Assembly (NCBI GenBank): GCA_963845755.1
Contig: CAWJTV010000026.1
Span: 64,001 to 128,000 of the forward strand
Direction of reading: 5' to 3'
From: an uncultured Planctomycetota bacterium
Lineage (GTDB): Bacteria > Planctomycetota > Planctomycetia > Isosphaerales > Isosphaeraceae
Length of the DNA stretch: 64,000 bases
The first letter of the stretch is position 1. Every line of letters begins with the position of its first letter. A program made the translations under genes and the position numbers. Under the pieces are notes generated by a model. It was given only the letters and a program-made list of their open reading frames with translations. It searched no databases and had not been told where the DNA came from. Of this stretch, positions 21,093-30,134 are shown one piece after another.

Positions 21093-22061
21093 TCACTTCG
21101 CCGCCGGCTGTTTCTCGATCTTCACGTCGATGGTCAGGTCGAGCTCGCCGGGGATCTCCATCCCGTTGATGGAGAAGGTCATGCTCCCCTTGATCTGGGT
21201 CTTACCCTGGGACTCGACCACGCAACCGGCCTCGCGGTCGAAGAGCATCGTCTCGCCGGAGGACTCGATCTTCAGGTCGCTCTTGGTCACCTTGAGCGGC
21301 GACGGGGTGTCGGCATCCATGTTGTATTTGACCTCGATCGCCTTGCTGGTGATCTTCTCGAGGGCCTTGTCGCCTTTCTTCTCGGGTCCCGCATACTCAT
21401 ACTTCTTGCGGAATGTGAGGGTCTGGCCGCCCCCGATGTCGATGTTTTCGTTCCGGTCCCAGGTATCGCCGGGCCGGGTCAGGACATCCGGGAGGTTCCG
21501 GGTGGACTGCTCGAAATTCCTCTTGAGCTTATCGGGGTGTAGCTCGCTGCGGATGGCGGCCTTGGCCCGCTCATCGAGCTTCTCGGCCTTCTCCATGACC
21601 TTCTCGGTCCCCTCGATCGCCTTGAACTTGTTCTGGCCGTCCAGCACGATCGTGTACACGGCCTCGCCGGCCAGCTTGAATACATCGTTGAGGAAGTCGA
21701 CCTGAGCGTTCTCGATCTTGGCGTTGGGGTCGCTCGAATCGTAGGCGATATCAATGCCCGGGGCCGTCAACTTCAGGCGCATGGATTCGGGCTTATGGAC
21801 CACCGGCAGGGTGGAGTCATCCCGCCGCTTGCCGACCGCCTGCGAATCGACCGTAGTCGAGTCGATGTCCGTCGGAATCTCCTGGCCCATGATCGTCATG
21901 ACTTGCTGCATCTTCGTCGTGGTCTTGTAGGTGAGCTTCTGCCCCTCGGGATACTTGTACTCCAGCTTGACCTGGGCCTGAGCCGCCTGGGAAAAGACCA
22001 TCGCCACAAACCCGGCTCCCACGACCCCCAACAGACCCGCACCCCCGCGGCGAATCCTCAT
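21093..22061 (-). CDS. Secreted DUF6263-like protein, tandem copy 1
   Basis: Signal peptide ending AQA-QVKLEYKY; SD GGAGAGGAG; strong similarity to the neighbouring gene. Confidence 0.8.
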   Translation of the reverse strand: MRIRRGGAGLLGVVGAGFVAMVFSQAAQAQVKLEYKYPEGQKLTYKTTTKMQQVMTIMGQEIPTDIDSTTVDSQAVGKRRDDSTLPVVHKPESMRLKLTAPGIDIAYDSSDPNAKIENAQVDFLNDVFKLAGEAVYTIVLDGQNKFKAIEGTEKVMEKAEKLDERAKAAIRSELHPDKLKRNFEQSTRNLPDVLTRPGDTWDRNENIDIGGGQTLTFRKKYEYAGPEKKGDKALEKITSKAIEVKYNMDADTPSPLKVTKSDLKIESSGETMLFDREAGCVVESQGKTQIKGSMTFSINGMEIPGELDLTIDVKIEKQPAAK

Positions 22062-22345
22062 GACCGAACTCCTCTCCTGATTGCAAGTGCCTTGATCCTG
22101 GTGATAATCGGACAGAATTCGACGCGACCACACGGAGCGCGCCGGACCATTCTCGCCATCCGCGACCCTCGGCCGCCCCGGGCGAGACGTTCCGGAGAAT
22201 GGGACAGCGCCATCGCGGAATCTCTGCGAGTATTCGCCGGACGATCGATCTTATTCCCTGCATGGAGTGGTTTTGAGACCGGCTTGAGGCCGCGGCGCGG
22301 AACCGCGACCGGGAAGATGAGCCGGGAGGCTGTGAAAGAATCGAT

Positions 22346-22413
22346 TCAGAGTCGGTTCCCAAACCTCCGGCGGGCAACCGGACGTAGCCAGTGGTGTCAG
22401 CCCCTGGACGATC
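22346..22413. repeat. Degenerate half copy of the MITE at 33592-33846
   Basis: TCAGAGTCGGTTCC...CCGGACGTAGCCAG.GG.GT.AGCCCCTGGACGATC matches the reverse complement of 33781-33849. Confidence 0.8.
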
Positions 22414-22503
22414 TCGAGCCAAGAATGGCCCACGATGTGCTGGTAGAGCACACCGCCGGCCATTTTCTTTACCCATCGGCTCTCATCACTCAATGAATGG
22501 GGA

Positions 22504-22660
22504 ATGGATGATTTGGACCGCGCACCGGCGGTCGGTTCGAGTGCCGGCCTTCGCGCCGGACACGTCGGGAATGGACGGTCGAGTCGCTCGAAGGACGGAC
22601 GCTCCTGTCCAGCTATACTGTGAACAGCCTCAACGACTCGGGTACAGGAGCGCTTCGCCA
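22504..22660 (+). pseudogene. 5' remnant of a LEPR-XLL-leader surface protein
   Basis: Reads RRTRREWTVESLEGRTLLSSYTVNSLNDSGTGALR, then breaks off. Confidence 0.7.
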
Positions 22661-22760
22661 TTCCCCGGCTTCGGGAACCGGACGAACACTTCCGGGTCGT
22701 GTGCCGGGATGATCAGACGAGGACTCGTCGCGGTTGCAAGGTCGGCCATCAGGCCGTAGA
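22650..22760 (-). pseudogene. 3' remnant of a metallo-beta-lactamase-fold (AHL-lactonase-like) gene
   Basis: Reads ATSPRLIIPAHDPEVFVRFPKPGNG, like the IPGHD C-terminus of that family. Confidence 0.5.
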
Positions 22761-22908
22761 TTCGGCCCCCGGCCCGGCGTCGATGATAGCGTCAATAAGG
22801 CAGCCGGCACCATGGCCTGACGCCGCGCGGTACAATCGCGGCGGCAATCGTCTCGGCGATGATTGGTCTTTTCATTGAGTTGCAAACGCACGTGCTGGAG
22901 GTGGGTCC

Positions 22909-23793
22909 ATGACAGCGTCACGAGTGACCTGGCCGATCCTATCGAGCCGGCGGTGCGGGTTCTCGAGCCGATTCCTGGGGCCCGGCGTGGTCGGGCGGTG
23001 CATTCGCCTCGCGATGGTGTCGATCATCATCCTGGGACCGGGCCGGCTGCATCGGCCGGCCGAGGCGGGCGGGGCGACCCAGGCGGGATCGACGCAAGGG
23101 CCCGACAAACCGCGTCTGGCGGCCGAGTTCCACCAGGACTTCCGGGACGGCACGCTCGACACCCGGAACCTGAGGCGGGTGGGCGGGTATGCCGAGCGGT
23201 TCGTCCGGCCCGGGCGCGGCGGCCTCCGTATCCTCATCCCCTCCGGCCTCAAGAATCCCGAAGCCATGGGTGTCGCCCCCCGCTTCCAGGTCCACGGCGA
23301 CTTCGAGATCACCGTATCTTGTACGATCGTCAAGGCCGACGAGCCCACCCGAGGCTACGGGCTCGCGGCGGCCCTCTGGGTCGAGACCGATACGCCGACG
23401 GACGAGGCGGTGACGATCGAGCGTGGCATCATCCCCAGGGAGGGGGAGCGATTCACCTCGACCCGGATCTCCGGGCCTTCGGAGGCCCGCAAGTATAACG
23501 TGAGGCGAGCGCCGGCCAAGTCCCAATCCGGAAAGCTCCGGATGGAGCGCGTCGGATCGAAGGTGACCACCTCCTTCGCCGATGGCCCACGGCCCTTTCG
23601 CGTCCTGCGCACCGTCGAGCTCGGGCCGGAGGACCTCACGCTGGTCCGCCTGGGAGCCGACACCGGGGTGTCGGACCACGCGCTCGAGATCCTCCTGGAA
23701 GACGTGACCATCCGCGCCGAGGCTTTGCCCGGCTTGCGGGCACCGGCGCCGGCCTCCGGTGATTCCTCTGGACCCTCGCGACCGGGGCCGTGA
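22909..23793 (+). CDS. Secreted beta-sandwich protein, DUF1583-like
   Basis: FHQDFR, GLRI, FQVHGDFEITVS, GKLRMERVGSKV; start may be 23014. Confidence 0.65.
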   Translation: MTASRVTWPILSSRRCGFSSRFLGPGVVGRCIRLAMVSIIILGPGRLHRPAEAGGATQAGSTQGPDKPRLAAEFHQDFRDGTLDTRNLRRVGGYAERFVRPGRGGLRILIPSGLKNPEAMGVAPRFQVHGDFEITVSCTIVKADEPTRGYGLAAALWVETDTPTDEAVTIERGIIPREGERFTSTRISGPSEARKYNVRRAPAKSQSGKLRMERVGSKVTTSFADGPRPFRVLRTVELGPEDLTLVRLGADTGVSDHALEILLEDVTIRAEALPGLRAPAPASGDSSGPSRPGP

Positions 23794-23826
23794 CGGGCAG
23801 TCGCGACCGCGAGGACCTCGACCCGG

Positions 23827-25152
23827 CTATGCCGCGAGGTCGACGACCACCGGGGCTCGCTCGAAGTCGTCGGCCGTCATCAGGGCCTGCGGCTTCGCGG
23901 CGCCCAGCGCCGCGATGAAACAATCGGGGATCCTTTGCAGCCGGTTATTGTAGAACGTCGCGATGTCATTGAAATAACTCCGCGCCAGCGCGATGCGCTG
24001 TTCCGTATCCACCAGGTTCTGGTGCAGGTGGCTGAAGGAACGATTGGCCTCGAGCTCGGGATAGCGCTCCACGATGGCGCCGACCAGCTCGGTCGCCGCT
24101 TGCGGATCGGGCCCGGGTTCGCCCGGCGGCGTGGCCTTCAATTGTGCGCGAAGCCGGGCCAGCTCGGTTTGCACGGTCCTTTCGTAGTCGCGCATGCCCT
24201 TGACGATCTCGACAAGATTGGGGATCAGGTCATGGCGCCGCTTCAGTTGCACATCCACATTCGACCACGCCTGCTGAACCCTTTGTCGCAGGGCGATCAA
24301 GCTGTTGTAGACCATGCCGATCCAACCGAGGAACCATGAGAGGGCAAGGACCACCCCGACAAGGACATACTTCGGCACGGATTCGTTCAAGGGATGGTGT
24401 TGGGTCGCGTCGGGGATGATGAATCCGCCGAGGCCGAGTCCTACGGCAAGAACTCCGCAAAGCCAGAACTGCCAGGCCAGGCCGCGCCGCACCTCGTCCT
24501 CGGAGCGCGTGGAGATCAGGAACATCTCCGCCCGGGGATCGTGGGCGATCTCGGGCGCCACCACATCGGCCCGCTCGCGGGCCTGGCCGACGACGTAGAG
24601 CGGGGCATGGAGGGGGATCGCGGACTCGACAAACCGGCGGCGGTAGGTGGAGTTGGCAACGGCTCCGGACGGGCCCTTGCCGTAGTACAGGTCATCGCCG
24701 GGGCCGCAGCTATGATCGAACACGGTCCGCGATTCCACCTTGGCTTGGTCCGGCTGGATGCGGATCACGCCGCAGTCGTCCTGCAGGTAGAACGCGATTC
24801 GCTCTCCGCCCTGTGCGACGGTGGTCCAGCCGGTTTCGATCCGGGTGCGCGTCTGCATACGACCTTCGCTGTCCCTGTAGGTTTCCACGACAGTCCGCAA
24901 CCAGTGCTCGTCCACCTGCCAATGATAAGAGACGCAGCCTGTCTCGGCGAGGAAACTGACGAGGGGCTCTTCGGCCTCGGCCGTGCCTTTCAGCTCGACC
25001 AGCCCGATGAAGACGCCGGTGGTCTTGGAGGTCGGTACGTCGGAAACCAGGCGTTGCCGCCGGCCGGCAAGCAGGCAGAAGAAGAACAGCAGAAGCGCCA
25101 GCAGGCCGCCGAGGGCTGGGATGCCGTAGGTGATAAGGAGTTGCTTGTCCAT
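23827..25152 (-). CDS. GIDE/BAM-domain plus LemA fusion membrane protein
   Basis: TM, then DVPTSK...GLVELKG, FYLQDDCGVIRI, RRRFVE..I....LYVVG (GIDE-like); two TMs; LemA motifs YNSLIALRQRVQQAWSNVDVQLKRRHDLIPNLVE, ERYPEL, TEQRIALAR..FND. Confidence 0.85.
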   Translation of the reverse strand: MDKQLLITYGIPALGGLLALLLFFFCLLAGRRQRLVSDVPTSKTTGVFIGLVELKGTAEAEEPLVSFLAETGCVSYHWQVDEHWLRTVVETYRDSEGRMQTRTRIETGWTTVAQGGERIAFYLQDDCGVIRIQPDQAKVESRTVFDHSCGPGDDLYYGKGPSGAVANSTYRRRFVESAIPLHAPLYVVGQARERADVVAPEIAHDPRAEMFLISTRSEDEVRRGLAWQFWLCGVLAVGLGLGGFIIPDATQHHPLNESVPKYVLVGVVLALSWFLGWIGMVYNSLIALRQRVQQAWSNVDVQLKRRHDLIPNLVEIVKGMRDYERTVQTELARLRAQLKATPPGEPGPDPQAATELVGAIVERYPELEANRSFSHLHQNLVDTEQRIALARSYFNDIATFYNNRLQRIPDCFIAALGAAKPQALMTADDFERAPVVVDLAA

Positions 25153-25263
25153 GTCTCACGGCCTGGACCGCGTTCAGGGCCGGCAGAACGTCGCCGACAA
25201 AACGGCTGAATGCGGCAGTCGGAATCCCCTGCGGATTGTCTCGGAACCGGCAACAGGCGCGCA

Positions 25264-25848
25264 CTAACCAGGTGTTGGTTCCGTCGCGCGACCGGCATCG
25301 GTGTCGACTCCGAAGTCCCGGATCGTGAAGACGGCCCGGTAATTCTCGATCCCGTTCTTCCGGAAGAGGTCCGCGGCCCCTTGTAGTCGGTCCACCAACG
25401 CCAGCACCAGGACGACCTCGCAACCCAGCTCCCGGGCGGCCTCGACCGCCTTCAGGGCCGAGCCGCCCTTGGTGAAAACGTCATCCACGATGACGACGCG
25501 GTCACCCTTCTTGAGCCCGCCCTCGACCTGCTTCTGAGTGCCGTGTGCCTTGATCTCCTCACGAACCCAGAAGCCTTCCATCGGGCGCCCGTGGCGATGG
25601 TAACTGATGACGGCCGCCGCCGTCAGGGGCACGGCCCCGACCTGGAGTCCGCCGATCGCGTCGACGTCCAGGTCCTTGGTCCGTTCGTACAGCACTTCAC
25701 CGATCAGGTAGGCGCCCTCGGAGTGGACCGCGGTCATCCTTCCATCGATGTAATAATCGCTGGTCGCCCCGGATGCCAGCCGAAACGTGCCGCGTTTGAA
25801 GGACCGTTCCTTGAAGATTTCCAGCAGTCGTTCTTCGTTCTCGGACAT
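25264..25848 (-). CDS. pyrE: Orotate phosphoribosyltransferase
   Basis: GTFRLASGATSDYYIDGR, KAHGT, PRPP-binding VVIVDDVFTKGGS, LVDR. Confidence 0.95.
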   Translation of the reverse strand: MSENEERLLEIFKERSFKRGTFRLASGATSDYYIDGRMTAVHSEGAYLIGEVLYERTKDLDVDAIGGLQVGAVPLTAAAVISYHRHGRPMEGFWVREEIKAHGTQKQVEGGLKKGDRVVIVDDVFTKGGSALKAVEAARELGCEVVLVLALVDRLQGAADLFRKNGIENYRAVFTIRDFGVDTDAGRATEPTPG

Positions 25849-26608
25849 CGTTTGGTATCGCTCGCCCGTGGTCTGGAGGGGGGCGTCCCATGGGCCGCCA
25901 CCCGCGCAAATCGCTGCCCGCAGGGGTATTCGGATTATCTCTTATGACCGAGTGCCTGGCAACAAGTCGCTTCGCGGATCGTGCCGCGCCCGTGAGCGAG
26001 CAGCCATCTCGAGAGTGGCCCCGCATCGAGCGCGGCGATTTGGCCTTCCGAAGGATGCCCCGGCGAGGATCGACCCGAGGCCGTCGCCCGATTTCGGGGT
26101 GATCTCTGAAATCGGTTCTAGGCTACGCCATAGATATTTGGCTGCTCGTCGTCTCGCCGGGTCGCGACGAACCCTGGGACGAGGACGATCCCGATAGCCG
26201 GCGGTTGTCGGTCATATCGCGCACGGAAGGGCTGACCACTTTCTCGTGACCTTGCCCCGGCGCCACACCGGTTGGTGCGCTCTCTTGACGGGAGTAGCAA
26301 CGAGCTTTTGCGCGAAGACGGGTCGGCCGCGCATCGCCCGAGTGATGCGCGGCGGACCCTGTTTCCCGAAGTGAACGCGCTGTTGCATCGAGAAATCACC
26401 GCCCCTGAATCCATGGCGAGCGTTCGGTATAACCATACCTGCTGCACCACCGCCAGCGAGCGTCCGAGCCGTGATCGGCATGGTCCTTGCTAGAATGTTT
26501 CCACAGGGCTTCTCAGATCGGTGGTATGCATGCTCACTCGACCCATGCGCGAGTGTAGGCAGGGACGGGCGAGCGGTGACCCATCTCAAGTGAAAGCTGT
26601 ACATTACC

Positions 26609-27211
26609 ATGCGAACATATACCAAGAATTATCGACGTGCGCAACTGCGGGTTGAATCACTCGAAGGCAAGACTCTGCTCTCGACGGGCTCCGTGATGCA
26701 TCACGTCGCGCCCCACGTGGCGGTCGCTCCGATCGTTGCTCAGGCCACTCCATTCAGCGGTACGTTGCAGGGGTCCTACAGCAACGTGAACGTGCCCGGC
26801 TTCTCGCATATTCTGAGTTATGCGACCTCCGGCACCTTAAACGGCGTTGGATCGACACGTCTGCACGGCACACTGATTCCACGCGGTGGCGCTCGGCCGC
26901 ACCGGCTGATCGGCCAGCTCCTCATGCACAACAACGGCGGCTCGATGACGGTCAATGTCTACCAGTCGACCACGCCGGGAAATTACACCTACAAAGTTGC
27001 TCGAGCGAGAGGCGGCGACACGGCGTTCCGAGGCGGTACCGGCGAGCTGACGATTACCCAGGTCCCGTCCTTCAGCGCCGCCCTTCTACGTCTCCGGTCA
27101 AACGACGATGACGTTCACTCCGGCCTGACAACCAGTCATCATGAGAAGAACCATGTGAATTTCGATGGATATTTGGCCAAACCCGCCCTGGCGCGTGGCA
27201 GCTTGGCCTAG
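26609..27211 (+). CDS. Small secreted protein with LEPR-XLL-type leader
   Basis: RRAQLRVESLEGKTLLS leader; beta-rich body; true end may be TGA at 27128 after a frameshift near 27080. Confidence 0.75.
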   Translation: MRTYTKNYRRAQLRVESLEGKTLLSTGSVMHHVAPHVAVAPIVAQATPFSGTLQGSYSNVNVPGFSHILSYATSGTLNGVGSTRLHGTLIPRGGARPHRLIGQLLMHNNGGSMTVNVYQSTTPGNYTYKVARARGGDTAFRGGTGELTITQVPSFSAALLRLRSNDDDVHSGLTTSHHEKNHVNFDGYLAKPALARGSLA

Positions 27212-27282
27212 AGCGTAGAACGAGACCCTTTCATGATGCCCCGTTCCACAACCCGCCTCAATCCCTTCCCGAAGAGATTGAG

Positions 27283-27558
27283 GTGACGGATCCGACTCAC
27301 CCCCTCTTCCGCCGGCGTTTTGCCGTCGTCTCGATCTCCCGACCACCCCACGGCTCCGGCCATGTACTCGTCGCCTATCGCGACGGGATGCAGCTCCGCA
27401 TCCCCGTCGCCTCGACCAGCGCGATGGTAAGCCAGATCACCCTTCCCGGGACAAAATGGACTCCGGACGCCATCCGTGAGCTCCTTTCCCTGATCCAGGA
27501 GGATGAAACGCCGTGTCCCTGCCCCAAGACGTCTGGTCGAAGCTCCCCAAGACCGTGA
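27283..27558 (+). CDS. Small recombinase-associated protein (Y4bD/DUF5372-like)
   Basis: VTDPTHPLFRRRFAVVSI...RIPVAST...IRELLSLI pattern, as seen upstream of this recombinase class. Confidence 0.65.
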   Translation: MTDPTHPLFRRRFAVVSISRPPHGSGHVLVAYRDGMQLRIPVASTSAMVSQITLPGTKWTPDAIRELLSLIQEDETPCPCPKTSGRSSPRP

Positions 27559-27746
27559 AACAGCAAGCCATCGACGACATCTCAGCGATCTGCGCGGAGG
27601 TTATTCATGAATATCTCAGAACTCGTAACGGCTTTCCACCGGGGCCGCCAGGCCCTGATCTACATCCGACAGTCCAGCCCTCATCAGGTCCTGAACAATC
27701 TGGAGAGCCAACGGCTCCAGTACGATCTCAGGCAACGCGCCTGTGA
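27513..27746 (+). CDS. Short helical ORF overlapping ORF1 and the recombinase start
   Basis: LPQDVWSKLPKTVKQQAIDDISAICAEVIHE; contains the recombinase SD GGAGG. Confidence 0.45.
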   Translation: MSLPQDVWSKLPKTVKQQAIDDISAICAEVIHEYLRTRNGFPPGPPGPDLHPTVQPSSGPEQSGEPTAPVRSQATRL

Positions 27747-29652
27747 GTGCGGCTGGGATCCCCAGGACGTCGAGATCATCGATGCCGACCTGGGAAAGAC
27801 CGGCAGCACCGTCGTGGGACGCGAGGGGTTGAAGGAACTCATCACTCGGGTCACACTCGGCCAGGTCGGCATCATCTTCTCCTACGATGTCACCCGTCTG
27901 TCACGAAACTGCACCGAGTGGTATCAACTGCTCGATCTTTGCGGCTACCGTCATTGCCTCATCGGCGACCGCGATGGGATCTACGATCCCTCCACTCCCA
28001 ACGGTCGCCTTCTGCTCGGGCTCAAAGGCCAGATCTCCGAGCTGGAGCTCCATACCCTCCGGGGTCGGCTGATCGATGGCGTGCTCAAGAAGGCCCAACG
28101 CGGGGAACTGGCACTGACTCTGCCGACCGGCCTCATCCGTGATCCGCTGGGACGCGTCACCAAGCATCCGGATCGCGAGGTCCAGGGACGCATCGATCTG
28201 GTCTTCGCCACGTTCCTCCGCCTGCGGTCCATTGCCAAAGTCGTCCGGTACTTCAAAGAGCGAAACTTGCTCATTCCTCGACGCGACTCCTTCGGCGACG
28301 TCGCCTGGAAGAGGCCCTCGGTCGCCGGTCTGGGCTCGACCCTGAAGAATCCCGCCTACGCGGGCGCATTTGTCTACGGGCGCACCCGCTCGGTCCGAAC
28401 CGGTCCCAACCAGCCGGCCGTGCAGAAACTCCAGCCGATGGCCGGGTGGCGAATCCGCATTCCGGACAAGTATCCGGCCTACATCGACTGGGCCACTTAT
28501 GAGAAAATCCAGGCCATGATCCGCGACAATTACAGCGAGTATGATCGCAATCGGACCCGAGGCGTTCCCCGGCCGGGAAAAGCCTTGTTGCACGGCATTG
28601 TCTACTGCGGCGAGTGCGGCCACCAGATGGTCGTGCAGTACAAACCGAAAACTCACTATATCTGCAATTATTTGCGCCAACAACATCAGGTCCCGGTTTG
28701 CCAGTACCTCCCCGCGGACCCGATCGACGACCATGTCGTGCAAGTCTTCTTCGCCGCCTTGGCGCCTGCGGAGCTCGACATCTACGAGCGCGTCCTGGGG
28801 TCTCTCTCGGAGGAACACGAACAGATCCATCGGGCACGGCAGCAAGAGTTGGAACGACTTCGTTACCAGGCGCGACTGGCCGAACGCCAGTTCCAGAAGT
28901 CCGATCCAGACAACCGGCTGGTGACGGCGGAACTCGAGAAGCGTTGGGAGATCGCCTTACGGGAACTCAAGCAGGCCGAAGAGGCGCGGGCACGAGAAGA
29001 GCCGCAGCCAGCGACCTGGGCTCGACTCGACAGCGCGACACGCCAGGCGCTGAGTGACGCCGGGCGGACGATCCCGGAATGGTGGGAGGCCAACCGCTTC
29101 TCACAGGAGCAGAAGAAGGCGCTATTGCGATGCCTGATCGACAAGGTCGTCGTTGATCGGAGGGTCCCGGACACGGTCCACTGTCGCGTCGTCTGGAAGG
29201 GGGGTGACGTGTCGGAGGCCGACCTCGCAGTCACGGTGGGCGCCTTGGCCCGACTCTCAGGCAGCCGAGAGATGGAGGACACGATCCTGCGGCTGGCGCG
29301 GGAAGGGAAGACCGATGAGGAGATCGCCGGCCAGTTGACCCAAGATGGCTTCCGTTCGCCCAGGGGCCGAACCGTTCTGCCCAGCACGGTTCAGCTCCTT
29401 CGCCTGAGCCACGGTCTGATGCGCGACCGCCATCAATCGCACCCACGCCAGATCCCCGGCTTCTTGACAGTCCCACAGGTGGCCATGAAGCTGAATATCC
29501 CACGACACTGGATCTATGATCGAATCCACAATGGAACAATTCAAATTGACATCAATTTCGAGAGAAGGACTTACCTGTTTCCCGACACTCCCGAGACCCT
29601 GGCCCGGTTCCGGCAACTGCGGGCAGGAGATCTCAACAACTTACGTTTTTAG
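27607..29652 (+). CDS. Large serine recombinase (resolvase, recombinase, Zn ribbon, C-terminal HTH)
   Basis: YIRQSS catalytic serine, DVTRLSRN, LKNPAYAGAFVYGR, CGECG...YIC...C, coiled coil, LTVPQVAMKLNIPRHWIYDRI. Confidence 0.93.
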   Translation: MNISELVTAFHRGRQALIYIRQSSPHQVLNNLESQRLQYDLRQRACECGWDPQDVEIIDADLGKTGSTVVGREGLKELITRVTLGQVGIIFSYDVTRLSRNCTEWYQLLDLCGYRHCLIGDRDGIYDPSTPNGRLLLGLKGQISELELHTLRGRLIDGVLKKAQRGELALTLPTGLIRDPLGRVTKHPDREVQGRIDLVFATFLRLRSIAKVVRYFKERNLLIPRRDSFGDVAWKRPSVAGLGSTLKNPAYAGAFVYGRTRSVRTGPNQPAVQKLQPMAGWRIRIPDKYPAYIDWATYEKIQAMIRDNYSEYDRNRTRGVPRPGKALLHGIVYCGECGHQMVVQYKPKTHYICNYLRQQHQVPVCQYLPADPIDDHVVQVFFAALAPAELDIYERVLGSLSEEHEQIHRARQQELERLRYQARLAERQFQKSDPDNRLVTAELEKRWEIALRELKQAEEARAREEPQPATWARLDSATRQALSDAGRTIPEWWEANRFSQEQKKALLRCLIDKVVVDRRVPDTVHCRVVWKGGDVSEADLAVTVGALARLSGSREMEDTILRLAREGKTDEEIAGQLTQDGFRSPRGRTVLPSTVQLLRLSHGLMRDRHQSHPRQIPGFLTVPQVAMKLNIPRHWIYDRIHNGTIQIDINFERRTYLFPDTPETLARFRQLRAGDLNNLRF

Positions 29653-29676
29653 GAGGGTATCAAGATGCCCGATCCA

Positions 29677-29760
29677 ACAGATGGGTTGCGCACGCTCTGT
29701 CAGCCGATGTTCTGCGGCCTGAAGGGCCGCGGGAACCTAGCCCAGGGTGAAACCCTGGGA
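29677..29760. repeat. Partial MITE/REP unit related to 46517-46812
   Basis: ACAGATGGGTTGCGCAC is the reverse complement of the subterminal 46784-46800; followed by GCGGCCTGAAGGGCCGC and CCCAGGGTGAAACCCTGGG hairpins. Confidence 0.75.
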
Positions 29761-30134
29761 CTCGTGCTGCGGAAGACCTGATCGAGGGCCCAACGGAGGT
29801 AGCCGCATCGAGTTCGCTAGGGGATCAGGCAACAAATCCCGCTCTGTCAGATTCCTGACGTCGATTCATCACTCAAGCTTGCAGGTTCGCTGGTGTTTCA
29901 CAGAAATCTTGAAAAATGCTGCGACCCCGTTCGGTTTCTCGAACTTGTGGTTCTTATCAATGAGGTCGTGACGCACTCGATCGCCGAACGCACTCAGGGA
30001 AGGAAGAACGGACGTATCGGACGTCCCGATCTCAGGGGTCTCAATATCCTCGTTCGTATGCGGCCATCCGCACGACCAGGCCGGTGAGGTCGAAGGGATC
30101 CTCGGACCTGGACTGACAAGGAAACGGCCCGATC

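Larger units (their letters stand above)
27231..29670 (+). mobile_element. Compact IS-like element encoding a large serine recombinase and small accessory ORFs
   Basis: Bounded by near-identical cores TCATGATGCCC (27231-27241) and TCAAGATGCCC (29660-29670); contains only the three overlapping ORFs below. Confidence 0.75.

Noticed and set aside
26330..26480. Possible alpha/beta-hydrolase remnant (VIPNARHGFRGGD) on the minus strand
   Set aside because: Only one short motif; too weak without a search.
18601..29652. Prophage, suggested by the TerS-like ORF and the serine recombinase
   Set aside because: No structural, replication or lysis genes; the recombinase belongs to a self-contained 2.4-kb unit.
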